Assembly: GCA_026936335.1 (NCBI GenBank)
Contig: JAPMXV010000058.1
Coordinates: 62,001 to 126,000 of the forward strand
Origin: Mantamonas sphyraenae STR306
Lineage: Eukaryota; Protista; CRuMs
DNA: 64,000 nucleotides
Reading direction: 5' to 3'
In this document: positions 23,417 to 37,400 of the stretch, in pieces
Layout of the letters: the number at the start of each line of letters is the position of its first letter
How positions within the stretch are numbered: the stretch's first letter is position 1
Translations under genes and position numbers: made by a program
Notes under the pieces: model-generated
Told to the model about the DNA's origin: nothing
The model's input: only the letters and a program-made list of their open reading frames with translations
The model's database searches: none

Positions 23417-25114
23417 ATGGACAACGAGGTAGGCGTATGCAAAGGCTCCCGAGTGGCGTTGTGAGGGAGAAAGCGTTGGCAGAGGGCGGAAAGGGCGTGG
23501 GAGGCGTGATCGCGCGCGCGTCTTTTCAGCCCCGTTTTGACAAATCGGCGCGGTGGAGGCGGATGCTGACGGGTCACACGTGTGGATTGGCACGCACAGA
23601 TGCAAGAGCTGCTGAGCAGCTTGGACGACTCGTTCCTGGAGATGATGAGCCGCGGGGGTGACGAGGCAGAGGCAGTGATTGCCCAGCTGAGGCGCAGTTC
23701 GCAGCAACGGGAGGCTGAGGAGGCGCAGCAGCAGATGGAAGAGGCCGAAGGAGGAGGGGTGAGCAGCACACGTGGGAGGGAAGGCAGACCACGAGCGTAT
23801 GACAAGGACCCATCGATGAACGACAGTGTGGCCGTGCGTGGGGTGCGCGGAAGCGGCAGCGGGGTCAGCCGCAAACGATCTCAAAAGGGCAGCAACAACA
23901 GCGGCAGCGGCAGCAGTGGCAGCAGCAGCACGCCAAAGAAGAAGGGCAAGAGTCCACGACGCAAACCACGGTCACCTAAGAAGCAGCAGCGGCAGCAGCG
24001 AGAGACCGAAGGAGGAGCGGCATGGCAGCAACAGGCACACGTGGAGGAGGCTGCAAGCACAACGTCGTCGGGGGACTCTGAGGGTGGCATGCCACCTGTG
24101 ATTGGGGTGCGTACGGCGGCATGGGAGGGGGCAGCCATGCAAGAGGACACAAAGACACGTGTGGAACAGTGGATGCAGGCGACACAGCTGAACGTGCTGC
24201 GTCTGTTGGAGAGCGAGCGTGCGGCGTTGACGGAACAGCTGCGGGAAGAGCAGATGGAGGCGTTCCAGGACCTGCGCAAGGAGCTGCAGGAGCGCACAGA
24301 GCAGGTGACACGATTGGAGGTGGAACTGGCGGAGCAGAGGAAGGAGGCCATGCAAAGCAACACAATGGTGGGCCAGTTTGCGGCGCTGATGGGCAGCAAG
24401 GGCTCACGCAGCGATCTGAAGTATGCGTTCCAGAAGTGGAAGGCGTTTGCACTGGAAGCTCGCACGCAGCGATTGGCAACACACATGGCCAGCAAGGCCA
24501 GCAACAAGGTGCTGTGCAAGCGCGTGTTCAACGCATGGCACCAGCGCGCAAAACTGCGTGCCAACACGGTGCGACGCAAAGCATTTGAGCGTGAAATGGA
24601 ACAGCGACTGGAGGAGGCGCATGAGCAGTATCGCAACAGGATTGAGGAGCTGGAAGAGGCCTTGGCAAAGACGCAACACGCGCTGCGACACAATCAGGCG
24701 CAGATGGAGACATATCAGGACAACATGAAGCTTGCGCTGATGCGAGGCATCTCTGCACTCAACGCAGAGGCGTTTCCGTTCATCAGCATGGGTGCAGACG
24801 GCGATGTGGTGGTGGATGGACCCGAGGATGTCGACGGCGCAGAGATTGACGAGGAGGAGCGTGCGTTGCAAGCCCAGGGTTGGGTGGTGCAACCAGCAGG
24901 ACGACAACAGCAGCCTGGGGTGCCCTTTAACAGCAACAGCAGCAGCATGTCACGCACGGCGGGAACCAAGCCTGGCAGTCCAAAGGCACGCCGTGCAGAG
25001 GGTCAGCAGCAGCAGCAGCAGTCGCAGCCTCAGCCGCAGCAGGATTTGTCGTCCAGTTTGGGCATTCGTGTGGCACGGGGCACGGTGCAGGGGGTAGTGG
25101 TTCGCCATCGATAG
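23417..25114 (+). CDS. POC5: Centrosomal/centriolar protein POC5; 1 intron
   Basis: Coiled coil, Sfi1-like centrin-binding repeats (LKYAFQKWK, LCKRVFNAW) and the POC5 signature MKLALMRGISALNAEA. Exon 1 is ATG GAC AAC GAG; intron 23429-23599. Confidence 0.8.
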
Positions 25115-25187
25115 GGTGGAGGGGCAGCAGAACGAAATGAAGCGGCGCTTCTGCGTGGCCAACGAAAGAAAGGCAACCCCATTTGCG

Positions 25188-28100
25188 ATGGAAGCATACA
25201 CGGGACAGTTCCGTGCTTTGATGCACAAGAACAAAGCGGTGCTGACGCGTCGCATCAAGTCCAGTCTGTTTATGCTGTTGACGCCTGTGTTGTTCCTTGT
25301 GGTGTTGGTGGTGCTGGAACAGACGACCACGGAGCCCGACGCGGTGCCGCAGCAGTTTGGCATCAACCCACCGAGTGTGGATCTGGCCAAGGCCACGTCG
25401 CTCAAGTGTGCCGTGATCAACACGGTGAAGCAGGAGACGCCCAACTCGGGCTGCATCTCCTTGGGCTATGCGCCTGCCTCGGACGATGTCAAATCGATCG
25501 TCGGATGGGTGGCGTCCAAGTACGGTCTGGACATGGCCAAGGACACCATGGGCTTTGCCAATGCCCAGGAAATGGCGTTGTACTTGGGTACCAACCCTGC
25601 CAAGCTTGGCCTAGCCGTCACCTTTTTCCCGGAAGCCAATTCATCCGAAAGCAGCAGCATGGGCAAACTCGACGACACCTACTATTCATTTGAGCTGTGG
25701 TACAACCAGAGCGTCACGTACCGCTTTGCGTCGCTGGGTCTGGACCGCGTGTACCGGTTGTACACGCTCCCGGCCCGGTTTCCCTTCTCGCCCAAGCGGT
25801 ATGTTGTGCACCGGCCTGTGTGCGGCAGCCCACTGCAGCTACGACGTACTGACACGCTGTGCCACACCCTACACCTGGGGCCCACACACACCCTCTCACA
25901 GGTGCAAGAAGGCATTGTTGCGCATGCAGCCAAGTTCCCCGGTGGACTGGAGATGAACACGGTGGTGCAGAGCTTCCCCATGTACGGCGGCGACGCAAGC
26001 ACGTCGTCGTCCACAACGCCTCCGAAGCTGGTGGCAGCGTACGGCGGTGTGTTTTACCTGTGCGGCATGATTGTCACGTTTGTCATTGTCATCAACCTGT
26101 TGATCCAAGAGAAGCAGGACGGCATGCTGGGCATGATGCGAATCATGAACATGTTTGAGAGCGTGTATTGGCTCACGTGGTTCCTTGCGCTCATGGTGCT
26201 CGTGGTCATTGAGACCTTGCTTGTGATCCTGGCTGGCAACCTGCTCGGCGTGCACTTTTTCACGCGCACCTCAGTCTCGGTGCTTTTTGTCGTGTTTTTC
26301 CAGTTTCTCCTTGCGCTGGTACCCTTTGCATTTTTCGTGTCGGCGTTGTGCAAGCGCACGCGTGCTGGCAACGTGACTGGGTTCCTGATCTTTGCTGTGG
26401 CGCTTTCGCTGCAGATCTATTCCAACACGGCGACAGTGTTGCTTCCGGGCAATGCCACGGGCACAGACACCTTTTCGATCCCATCAACGGCTCGCCCTTC
26501 TTCAAGGTGCTCCTGTACTTCTTCCCGCCGTTCAACTTTGCCAAGGCTGTGGAGGACATCAGTGTGCGCACCCAGGATGTGTTGGTGACCAACGGTGTCA
26601 CTGGACAGCAAAGCGTAGCTGCAGGGAGCACCTTTGGCTGGGACGACCTGTACACGGTCAAGAACGTGACCACGTGCTGTTCGTACACCTCGGCCTCGGG
26701 CAACGGCGTCTACTCGTACACGGTGCCCGAGACAGCAGAGACGCTGTGGTACCAGCTCATGGACACAATGCTCTTCCTGCTGCTGGCCTGGTACGCTGCG
26801 CAGGTGCGATCCACAGGCGACGGCACGCCGCGCAAGTGGTACTTTCCGGTCACCGCCGAGTTTTGGGGCTTTGAGCGTGCCAGTGCCACAGCAATGGCAG
26901 GCGACGTCATCCTGCAAGAGCGGGAACGCAGCGCAAGCGACCAGAGCGTGCGTCTGCACAAGATGAGCAAGACGTTTGAAAACGCAACCGCCGTGAAGGA
27001 GCTGAGCCTGCAGATGGACAACAACAAGGTGTTTTGCCTGTTGGGTCACAACGGCGCAGGCAAATCGACGACCATCAACATCCTGACGGGTCTGTTCCCT
27101 CCCACGCACGGCCACGCGTTCATCAAGGGCTTCTCCGTGGCAGAGGACATGAAGGAGATCCGACGCATCATGGGCATCTGCCCCCAACAGGATGTGTTGT
27201 GGGAGGACTTGACTGCACGCGAGCACCTGCAGCTGTACTGCCGGTTCAAGGGAGTGCCGGCGGTGCAAATGGACGCGTTCATCGCGCAGGCGCTGCAGCA
27301 GGTCAACTTGGTGGGCGTTGCAGATGCGCCGTCGGGCACGTACAGCGGTGGCATGAAGCGCCGTCTGATGGTGGCCATCGCTGCTGTGGGAGACCCGAAG
27401 ATTGTTTTCTTGGACGAACCGACGGCGGGACTGGATCCACTCTCGCGCAGGCGCATGTGGAAGTATGTGCAGACGCTGAAGAAGGGCCGCATCGTGTGTC
27501 TGACCACACACTACATGGAAGAAGCAGACATTTTGGGTGACACCATTGCCATCATGGCCAACGGCCAGCTGCGCGCGGTGGGCACGCCATCCTTCCTGAA
27601 GAACCGCTACGGCGCAGGGTACCACGCCAAGCTGCTGTGCGATGCGGACAAAGCATCCAAGTTGGAGAGTCTGATCAAGAAGCATCTGCCGGACAGCGAG
27701 ATTCTGGACCAGAGTGCAGGCGACTTTACGGTGAGCATTTCGCGAAGCAACACCGCCCAGATCCCAGCTTTCTTTCGGCTGATCGAGGGCCGACGCTCGG
27801 TCGTGAAGGAGTGGGGCATCCAGCAGACGACACTGGAGGAGGTATTCCTGCGACTTGCACATGCGAATCGTGGTGTCAACACCGTGGACGAGGATTTCTC
27901 GGACCAGGATCGGGTGCCGATTTGCGTGGTGTGCAACATGCGCGCCGCAGAAACCGTCACGCTGTACACCGAGGGCGGCTTGGCCGTGGAGACACGCTCT
28001 GTGATCTGCAGCACGTGTGCTGCACGTGGAAGCTCGGGTGGCGAGGCGGAGGTGGCGGTGGAGGCGGACGAGGCGGACGAAGAGGAGGACGAAGACGAAG

Positions 28101-31074
28101 AAGAAGACGAAGAGGAGGAGGAGAACGAGGAGGTGGTGCCGGCTCAGGTGGCTGTGGAGGACGACATGGAGCTGGAAGAGGAGGAGGCGGAGGACGAGGG
28201 GAGCGCGCTGCTGGCAAGCACAGGAAGCATCAACAACGGGGTGGGTGCAAGCGCAGCAGGGCTGGGTGGTGGCAAGAAAAAGAGGAAGAAGAAGGCCGGT
28301 GGGTATGGCGGGACGGCGACGCACGGGACGGCGTTCAAGAACGTGCGCAAGGACGCATTTGACAGGGAGCACATCTACTGGCCGCAAGTACGTGCACAGT
28401 TTATCAAGAACATGCATCTGAAGAAACGTGAGCGGAAGTGGTTCCTTGCGTGCCAGGTGCTGTTTCCTGTGATTGCGGTGGTGATTGCCATCTCGCTGCA
28501 GAGCTCGTTCCAGAAGCAGGCCAACTTTACGGGCCAGGAGTGCGATTATGGTCTTCAGTACGGCATCCAGTGCACGCCACAGTCGTTCACGGAGCTGTTG
28601 ACGGAGCGCATGCGCCCGCGATGGCTGAACAACACCAAGGATGTGTGGGACGAGCAGAAGCGCGACTACGTGAAACGCATCATCCCAGACTACAACATGT
28701 ATATGACGGGTCCGCAGCCTTCGGGCGTTAACGCGTACATGCGCACGCGGTGGATGGTTGCAGATGACACGAGCGACAAGAGCGCGGATCTGACGCAGCT
28801 GGTCAACGACTTTCCCTTTTACACACCCCCTACACAGACGCCCACGTACAAGTATCCAGAGATCACGGTGATGTCCTCTGCGGATGCAGTGTACCAGAGT
28901 GTGCTGAACCCGCAAAAGGCGTACGCGGCTGCAGGCGACCCGTTGCTTGCAAACAAGACGTACGCGTACGAACGCAACACAGCAGACTTTGCCAATGCGG
29001 CCTTGGTGCTGCGAAAGCTGGACGTGGCCGCACGCAAGATGGATGTGAAGCTGCAGACGTATCTGCAGCCGTACAGCGGGAACAATGTGTGGCAACACAC
29101 ACGCTACGCGTTCAAGGGCGGCTCCAAGAACGACGCCATCCGTCCAGACTACTATCTGTCGGGTCAAACGGCTGTCGCCGGCCTGCAGATGGCGGTGTAC
29201 ACTGCGTTTGCGCGTGCAGTGTCAGGCAACGGGAACTTGACGGTGGGATGTCGATCAAGGCGATGCCGAGTCTGGGCACGCAGTACAGCCAGAACATGGA
29301 CCGTGTGTTGCTGATTGTGAACAGCATCATGTTTTCGCTGGCAAGCACCCTCTTGCTGCCCGGGTTCATCAGCATGCTGGTGGAGGAAAAGGAGAAGCAA
29401 CTGCTGCATTTGATGCAGATGATGGGCTTGAAGATCAGCACGTACTGGCTGGCCAACTATGCGTTTATGATGGTGTTGCAACTGGCATGCACTGTGATCC
29501 TGTTGGGTCTGGGAGGCGCTGTGGGGGTGTCGTCGATCACCGGCCCAACGGGAGGCAACGTGCTGGCCGTGTTTGTGTGCTGGGCACATGCACAGGTGGG
29601 CTTTACGTTCCTTCTGGCGACATTCTTCACGAGCAAGCAGACGGCAACGATTGTGGGCTACACGGTGGTGATCATGACGATTGCGCTGGGCGCAGTGATC
29701 AACAACCTGCTGGATTCGATGTCTGCATGGATCAGCGTGGTGCCCAGTGTGGCGTTTGTGCGTGCGTTGTACCTGGCCATGGGTAACGTGACCACAGCCA
29801 ACCCGGACGAGGGCGTGGGCATGCTGTGTGGCCTGATGCTTGCTGTGGGCACGCTGTACGCACTCTTGTCGATGCTTCTGCACGAGGTGTTGCCGGACCA
29901 GCATGGCACACGCCACACAAACGTGATGTCCAAGCTGGCGTGCTGGAAGAATGGAGGCAGTGGAAACGGCAAGCAGGCTTGGGAACCCGTGTACGACAGC
30001 GAGCTGGAGGGGGCCATGGACGAAGACGTGCGCGCGGAGAAGCAGCGTGTGATTGCGAGCATGCACGACAAGAAACCCATTCAGGTGCAGGGCGTGTCCA
30101 AGGTGTATCCTGGACGCGGAGGACGTGCCAGCCACAGGGCGGTGAACGACATGTATCTCGGGGTGGATAACGGCGAATGTTTTGGTTTGCTGGGTCCCAA
30201 CGGCGCAGGCAAGACGACACTGATCAGTATGTTGACGGGTCTGATGCCCACGACGTATGGTGAGGCGTACATTGGGTCGTACTCTGTGGAGACCGAGATG
30301 GAGCGTGTGCACAAGGTCCTGGGCGTGTGTCCGCAATTCAACATCCTGTGGGACAGCCTGACGTCGCAGGAACATCTGCTGTTCTACGCTCGTCTCAAGG
30401 GGGTCAAGCCAGAGTATGAGAGCTCCATTGCGCAGAGCGTGGCGATTGCAACCGAGCTGGACGGCGATGCGTTCAACCAGACGAGCAGCCAGCTGTCTGG
30501 AGGGACTCAGCGACGCCTTTGCTTGGGCATTGCGCTTGTGGGCGACCCGGAGATCCTGTTTATGGACGAACCGTCGACGGGGTGCGACAGCGTGAACCGC
30601 AAGATCTGCTGGCGCATCATCAACGAGGCCAAGGTGGGACGCTCGCTGGTGTTGACGACGCACTCGATGGAGGAGGCGGATGCACTGTGCACTCGCATTG
30701 GCATTGTGTCACAAGGCCAGCTGCAGTGCATTGGCACGCCGCTGCATCTGAAGCGCAAGTTTGGCGAAGGATTCAAGATTGGCATCAGCAGCAGCGGCGG
30801 TGCAGAAGGCGAGCAGCGTGCCGAGGAGTATCTGATGAGTGTGGTTCCGTCTGCACGCCTGGATGCGGTGTTGGGACCCAACGTGCGTTCGTATGTGGTG
30901 CAGAGTGCGGACATGGAGGTGAGCAAGGTGTTTGGCAGCATGGAGAGTGAACACGCAAAGGCAGAGTGCATCCGCGAGTGGAGTCTGAGCCAGAGTTCGC
31001 TCGAAGAGGTGTTTGTGCGCATTGTGGAGCAGGCAGAGGGACGTGAGGAGGCAAGTGGAGCCGGGCCACAATGA
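25188..31074 (+). CDS. Full-length ABCA-family lipid transporter; 1 intron; about 3 indels
   Basis: N-terminal QFRALMHKN, two TMD-NBD halves with Walker A LLGHNGAGKST and LLGPNGAGKTT, signatures YSGGMKRRL and LSGGTQRRL, and TLEEVF/SLEEVF. Intron about 25799-25901; frame breaks near 25782, 26472 and 29245. Confidence 0.92.
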
Positions 31075-31083
31075 AATGTGCGT

Positions 31084-31973
31084 TCATTCTTCCAGAGCGC
31101 GTTCTTGGGCATGCATCTGCGAGTGTTCGACACGTCGTACAATGTCGCTCATGATGGTGGCCGCGTTGCGAGCAGGGCGGCGCTTCTTGGACTGGGAGGA
31201 GCCGAGCGGGTTGGAGAACATGTTGGTGGACTCCTGCAACTCCTTCATCTGCTCGGCGTCGAGCCCCTGGAGGAGCTTGGGCATGACCAGCATCATGATA
31301 AATGTGACGCCCATCATGAGGACCATAGGGTTTGCCATGAGGTCGCGCAAACCCATGCCGTCGTTGGCTTCAAAGTAGGAGACGCTTTGCAGCGGACTAA
31401 GCTGGAGAGGGTAGGGCACGTAGGTGCGGTTGAGATGGCCAGCGTAGCGTGCACGCACCCTGCCCTTGTGCTTGGCCGAGACCTCGACACGCAGGCGAGG
31501 GAAGGCGTGGTGTGTTGCTTCGACTTGCAAGATGTACACTCCGGGCACCAGGTCATAACTACCCGATGACCGCGGGCCATGCAAGACGCACACGGGTGTC
31601 AGTTGCGACCTTTGCGGTTGAATCGGCAGGCAGTACGTGCAGCGCGCGGCGTGCAGGGCGTCACTTACATTACAAAGCGGCCGTCCGCCTTGGGGATGGA
31701 CGAGTGCCTGCCGTTGAGCTGAATGTGGGTGTTGAGCAGCTCCGAGTCTACGGTACGGTGCCCTCGTGGGTGTGAGCGGCCTGGGACAAAAGGCGAGTGC
31801 GAGAGGGAGGGCTCGGGTGGTGACGTACGCGGGATGCCCAAGATGCGTCCCGAGATGCGGTATGTGCTCGGTGTGTCCTGTTGTATGGCAGCAGACACGT
31901 CTGCCGTCGACGCCGAAGCCACCAAGGGCTGAAGCAACGTCACCAGGCACACCAGAGCGACGATGGAGCGCAT
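31084..31973 (-). CDS. EMC7: ER membrane protein complex subunit 7; 2 introns
   Basis: Signal peptide MRSIVALVCLV, lumenal domain (DGRFVIYDLVPGVYILQV...FPRLRVEV), and TM region LMANPMVLMMGV...MPKL typical of EMC7. Second intron 31668-31559. Confidence 0.8.
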
Positions 31974-32070
31974 AGGAACCGAGGTGGAGCGTGTTGTCTT
32001 GCAGAAGCTGCCGCGGTGGCAATCGTGCATGCACGGACACAGGCATGAGGAGCCATTGGCAACATGAACA

Positions 32071-33064
32071 TCACTTCATTTGCAGCTTGCCTGCGCCAAA
32101 GGCAGCAATCTGGGCTTGGGCACGTTTGCAGTACACCTTGTGTTCGGGCCAGTTGCTCTTCTGGCAATCGGAGCTGCAGTACTTGGCAATGCCACAGCCG
32201 GAGCAATTGTGTGCTGCGTCGCCTCCGCAGTGGAAGCAGCCGCCCGAGGAGACGTTGAGGTCGTGGAGAGCCTGGAAGAGAAAGAGGCAGAAGCGCTTCA
32301 GCAAATCCCACTTGCATGTCAGCAGGGCCTTGACCATCTCTTCGTCATCGCACTGTTCTCGGAAAGGAGCCAGCAGCTTCTCCTCGGCCTCTGTGGCCTT
32401 TCCCGACGTGGCCTTTTTGATAAGCGCAATCATGCCCGGGCCACTCTCGCACAGAGCAGGCAGATCCAGCAGCTCAGACACAAGCGCCTCGTTCAGTTGA
32501 ACCTCTGTGTGTGTGTGTACCAGCCATGAATCGTGCGTGCGTGTGCGTGTTAGTGGACTGTGTAGCGCGGAGGAGGCCCGGACGGAGAAAGCGCGGGAAA
32601 ATGGCGCGCTTTTTCATGCGTGGGGCAAACGCACCGCCTTCCTCGTCGGGTTTGGCCGATCCAAACATCATCTTGCCAAGGATGGGTGTGCAAATGTCCA
32701 CCCTCTCGCTTGGGCTCATGCCGGTCCAGCGGTGGATGATGCTGTTGCCTGCGACCTTGAAGATGATGTTGAGGGCTCGCGTCTCCTCGTTGCGCAAGCG
32801 CTTGACCTCGGCAGAGTTCATGACCTCATACAGCTCCTGGGGCAACCACCACACATGTGTGCCGTTGTCTAGGTCGATGCGAAACTCATCGGCCTCGTCG
32901 TCGTCCTCCTCCTCAGAGTCCACCGTCTCTTCCTCCTTGGGCTCCTTTTCCGAGCTGCTGCTGCTACTGCTGCTGCTGCTGCTGCTGCTTACACCTGCGT
33001 CCTGTGCCACCTGCTCTGTTGTGTCCACCGTGGTTTCCTGCTCAGTTTTTGTGGATTCGCTCAT
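32071..33064 (-). CDS. MYND zinc-finger protein; 1 intron
   Basis: C-terminal CFHC...CSGCGIAKYCSSDCQKSNWPEHKVYC. A GTGCGT...CACAG intron at about 32634-32505 joins the acidic N-terminal exon. Confidence 0.8.
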
Positions 33065-33124
33065 CGTTCGTCGTCGTCTGCACTGGCTGCAGCACCGCAT
33101 CCCGTTGCCCACCGCCTCGGCCAA
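33065..33124. promoter_or_regulatory. Putative 60-bp bidirectional promoter between the MYND gene and the aminotransferase
   Basis: Divergent ATGs at 33064(-) and 33125(+). Function is inferred from position only. Confidence 0.4.
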
Positions 33125-34372
33125 ATGTTTGCCCGCCCGGCACGCACAGCAGCAAAGCGCATCGATGGCTTCTCCGACTCGGTGTTTATCGAGTTTGGCA
33201 TGCTGGCTGCACAAAAGGCCCGCGTGAATCTCGGCCAAGGGTTTCCCAGCTTCAAGGCGCCCGAGTTTGTGCTGGAGAGTGTGGAACAGGCCATCAGCAA
33301 AGGAATCACCCAGTATACGCGCAGTGCAGGGCACCCGCGACTGGTCAACGCCCTTGCGGATGTGTATTCGCCGCTGTTTGAGCGCGAGCTGGACCCGCTG
33401 AAGGAAATCGTCGTGCACACAGGCGCCACGAGTGCGCTGCACAACTCCTTCCACTCGCTGCTGGATCCTGGAGACGAAGTGTTGCTGCTCCAGCCTTACT
33501 ACGACTCGTACGTGCCGCAGGTGCAACTGGCAGGCGGCAAGGCTGTGCCTGTGCCACTGCAAGTGCCGAGCAATGCACGCAGCACAGCCGAATGGCGTCT
33601 GGACATGGATGCACTGAGGGAGAGCGTGACAGAACGTACACGCATGCTGGTGGTGAACAACCCTCACAACCTGGGCAAGGTGTACGAGATGCAGGAGCTG
33701 GAGGCGTTGGCCGAACTGTGTCTGGAGAACGACCTCTTGTGTATTGCCGACGAGGTGTACGAGCGTCTCACGTACGACGACAGCGTGCACCGTCGCATTG
33801 CCACTCTGCCAGGCATGTGGGAGCGCACGGTGACCATTGGTAGCGTGGGCAAGAGCTTCCACGTGACGGGATTCAAGGTCGGCTGGGCCATCACCAACCC
33901 AACGTTGGCCCGCTCCATGGCTCTCGCCCACCAGTGGATGCCCTTTTGTGTTGCGTCGCCCATGCAAGAGGCGGTGGCCATCTGCTTTGAACAGGCGCAA
34001 ACCAACGGGTATTTCGACACCATGCGTGCCGAGTTTGCCGAACGCCGCGCCCTGTTGGCAGACACGCTGTCGCAGGTGGGCATCCAACCGGTGATGCCTC
34101 AGGGCTCCTACTTTATGCTGGCCAATCTGTCGGACTATGCGGATGCAGAGGCGTTTTCACAGCCGGAGTTCCAGGGTGCCCCTGGCCAAGGTGAGGACTA
34201 TGCCATGTGCCGCTGGATGACCAGTGAGGTGGGGGTGGCATGTATCCCTCCAAGCGCCTTTGTGGCCTCGGGTGCAGACACTTTCGCTCGCATGGCCCGC
34301 TTTTCGTTCTGCAAAGACCTTCCCGAGATTGTGGACGCCGGCAAGGTGTTGCAGGAGTTCAAGCAAGTGTGA
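33125..34372 (+). CDS. Kynurenine/glutamine aminotransferase (class I PLP-dependent, KYAT/CCBL-like)
   Basis: Motifs VNLGQGFP, QYTRSAGHPRL, NNPHN, IADEVYE and the PLP-lysine motif SVGKSFHVTGFKVGW. Confidence 0.9.
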   Translation: MFARPARTAAKRIDGFSDSVFIEFGMLAAQKARVNLGQGFPSFKAPEFVLESVEQAISKGITQYTRSAGHPRLVNALADVYSPLFERELDPLKEIVVHTGATSALHNSFHSLLDPGDEVLLLQPYYDSYVPQVQLAGGKAVPVPLQVPSNARSTAEWRLDMDALRESVTERTRMLVVNNPHNLGKVYEMQELEALAELCLENDLLCIADEVYERLTYDDSVHRRIATLPGMWERTVTIGSVGKSFHVTGFKVGWAITNPTLARSMALAHQWMPFCVASPMQEAVAICFEQAQTNGYFDTMRAEFAERRALLADTLSQVGIQPVMPQGSYFMLANLSDYADAEAFSQPEFQGAPGQGEDYAMCRWMTSEVGVACIPPSAFVASGADTFARMARFSFCKDLPEIVDAGKVLQEFKQV

Positions 34373-34430
34373 GAGTGAACCCTGTACTTGTCTCTCTCTC
34401 TCTCCCCCTCTCTCTTTGTCCAATTATTCC

Positions 34431-37400
34431 TCACGACGACCTGCACTTGCCCGAACTGTTTCCCTCGTCGCTGTTCCACTCGATGCTGCCATACATGTTG
34501 TGCAAAACGGCTTGCATCTCTTCACTCAAGTCTGCAAATGCGTCGGTACCGGGTACCTCGTTCCAGTGCATGAGAATCTCAAAATGGCACATGTCCTCGC
34601 AATCCTTGGAGATGACCGAGGCCGACGGGAGGAAGCGACAAGCGGATTCCGGGTTGAGAGCGACGACGACATACTGTGCACACAAATCGATCAGTCGAGG
34701 CAGGTCGTAGGCGTGTGCAAGGGTGGCGACGTCAAACACCGTGTCGTCGGTGAGCTCGCAGTCGTCACAGTAGAGGAACTGAACCAGGGTGCGAAACGCA
34801 GTGCCGTCGCCCAGGCGTTCGCTGTCCTTGAGGGTGTACTCGGTGACATCCGAGTCAGCAAACACGGCAGCCAAGGCCTTGCAACGCACGAGGAGCACCG
34901 CGCGGTGCACACTGACGGCGCTGTCGTGTTCGTCGAGGACGATGCGCACGTCGGGCAGTCCCTTGCGCTGCAACGTGCGCACGATGTTGAGTCTGTCCGT
35001 GCGCCACAGTTTCAGCTGTGTATCCATCGCGGTAAAGGGCGTCTGCTGTCGGGCGGCCTCCATGGCATCCTGCAGAGTCTCGATGCCCAGCAGCTTAGCC
35101 AGGCGAGCGCACATGTCTGCCGTCAGCCAGTTGATGTGCTCCACCTCCAGGTTGTACGTGTAGCAGTACTCCAGCACATACAAGAGCACCTGCGGGATCA
35201 CCTGCGGCAAGTAGACAACCTGGGCCACGTCGACGCCGTCCAGCTCCTCTTCCGCCACTGTAAAGTACTCTTGAGGCACGTCACTGGCCGCACAGTACGC
35301 ATCCATGTTGCTGCGGAACTTGTCTACAATCTCTGTCACCTCTTCGTCGCTCAGGTTGTGCACCTGCTCCTTCAGAGGCAGCATGACAGAGGGTGTTGTT
35401 GATGATGAAAAGAGGTTGGGTGCAGTGGTGGTGGTGGTGGTGGTGGTGCTGCTGCTGCTTCTGGTGGTGGTCTCTGTGACCACAGGGTTCGAGTTCAGGT
35501 AGTTGTAGTACGGGTTCTCCAGCTCCCTCATGGTGGGTGCCACCGTGTTGAGACGACTGCCCAGGGGCTGGTAAATATGCACACCTGTGTTTGTGGGAGG
35601 CGGAGGCGGGGCAGGGATGTTTTTGCCGTTGTTGTCTGTGCCATACCATGCCTCCTGTTGCATGCGTGCGCCCAGGCCCATCTTGGTAAGCAAGGCAAAC
35701 TTGGCCTGGTTCTCCGCCTGCATCTGCTCCTTGTACGCCTTGTTGCGCTCCTTCCAAGTTTCATACTCCTCCTCGGAAGAGTAGTAGGTCAGGTCGGGCA
35801 CCTCGTTGCGCAGTGCCAGCAGCTGCTCCTTGCGCTTGTTTGCCTTGTGTTCCTCGTTGTTCTGTCGCCACGACTCCTCGTCTTCGTACGACGAGTAGTA
35901 CGGCAAGTCTTGGATCTTGCCCAGGATGTCGTCGAGAATGGCAGATTCGTCCTTTGTGGTCTCCGCGGGCAGCTCCTCCGTTTCCGGTTCCTCCAGCCCC
36001 GGTTCCCTTGATGCTGATGGAGCACGGCGCTTGATCACGGCCTCCTCGACGTAATCCGAAGCATCGGTCTCGGTGCTGTCGGAGATGCTCGACTCTGGTG
36101 AAGTGAGTTCGTCCACGCCGAGCTCCAAATCACCACCCGAGTCGCCGTCCGAATCACTGTTTGTGAGCTGCAGCACCAACCCACCATCCCAGCTGGGTTC
36201 CGGCGAGATGCGCTCCATGTACGGTTCTTCGAAGGAGTAACTGCGGCGACGTGTGCGGCGACGGCGTGGGCTGAAGTTGCGAACGGGCACCTTTGCCTCC
36301 TGTCGAGTCCTGCGCGCGGGTTTGGGCTCGGACGGGGCTGTAATCTCAGGTTCGGCCCCGTTGAGGGATGTTTTGCCAGTCAGGGCTTCCCAACGGTCAA
36401 AGACGGCGCTGCGCAAGGTGCTGGAGTCGTACATGTCGACCTTTGCGCTGAAGTGGAGAAAGAGGGCGTGTGCAAACAGATACTCGTCGTCCACAAAGCC
36501 CGTACGTGTGAGCAGCTTGCGCAGGCCCTTGCTGCTCTGCTGGGGCAGCTTCTTTTCCAGGAGGGTGCGCACGTTGCCAAAGGCATACAGACAGGCCTTG
36601 TGGGCCGGGATGAGGGTGCCGTTGCGGCCCACCTTGAAGTACATGTCTGCCCCCAAGGGGTTGTTGAGGAGGGTGCGCATGTCGTCGGACAGCTGAGCGG
36701 GACGCACCTGCACGCCCGGTCGCATCTCGCAGGTGTAGCTCATCTGGTTGCGAGGGACATCAAGAGCCACACTCACGGGCGTGTCTGCACGCAGTGGGAT
36801 GATGACATCCTTGTCCGTGTCGTGGCCACTTTCGTTGTAGATGTTGCTTCCCCACAGGTACAGGTTGCCCGACAGCGAGACTGCGCCGCTGTGGTTGTCC
36901 GAGGCACACACGCACACCATCGGCTCGGGCATTTCCAACTGCTGGATGGTGAGCACATCTTTGGACAGGAAGCCCAGTTCGCCCGCCATGCTCTTGCCAC
37001 ACCCGTACACATTGCCGCGCATGTCCAGCACCAGGGTGTGCTGGTTTCCAGCAGCGATGGCCACCGCTATGGTCGGCAGATCCAGCTTCACGGGCTTGCG
37101 CTGCGACTCACGGTCGCCCAGACCCAGTTGGCCGGCATGGTTGCCACCCCACACATACACATGGCCCGAGGTAGTGAGGGCGACGGCGTGGTTCAGACCT
37201 TGTTCCACGCACACCACCCCTTTGCCCGCCAGCGTCTTGATTTCCTTCCACACCTGATTTTGGTCACGCTGATGGCCCAGACCAAGTTCGCCATACTGGT
37301 TGCTTCCACACGAGTACACCTTGTCTGTGTCTGTGTACACGGGGGTGGGGGGGGGGGGGGAGATCAGCGAAAGGACAAAAAGATGGAGTCATCTGGAGCG

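Noticed and set aside
26417-30663. 916-aa and 499-aa minus-strand ORFs
   Set aside because: Antisense shadows of ABCA.
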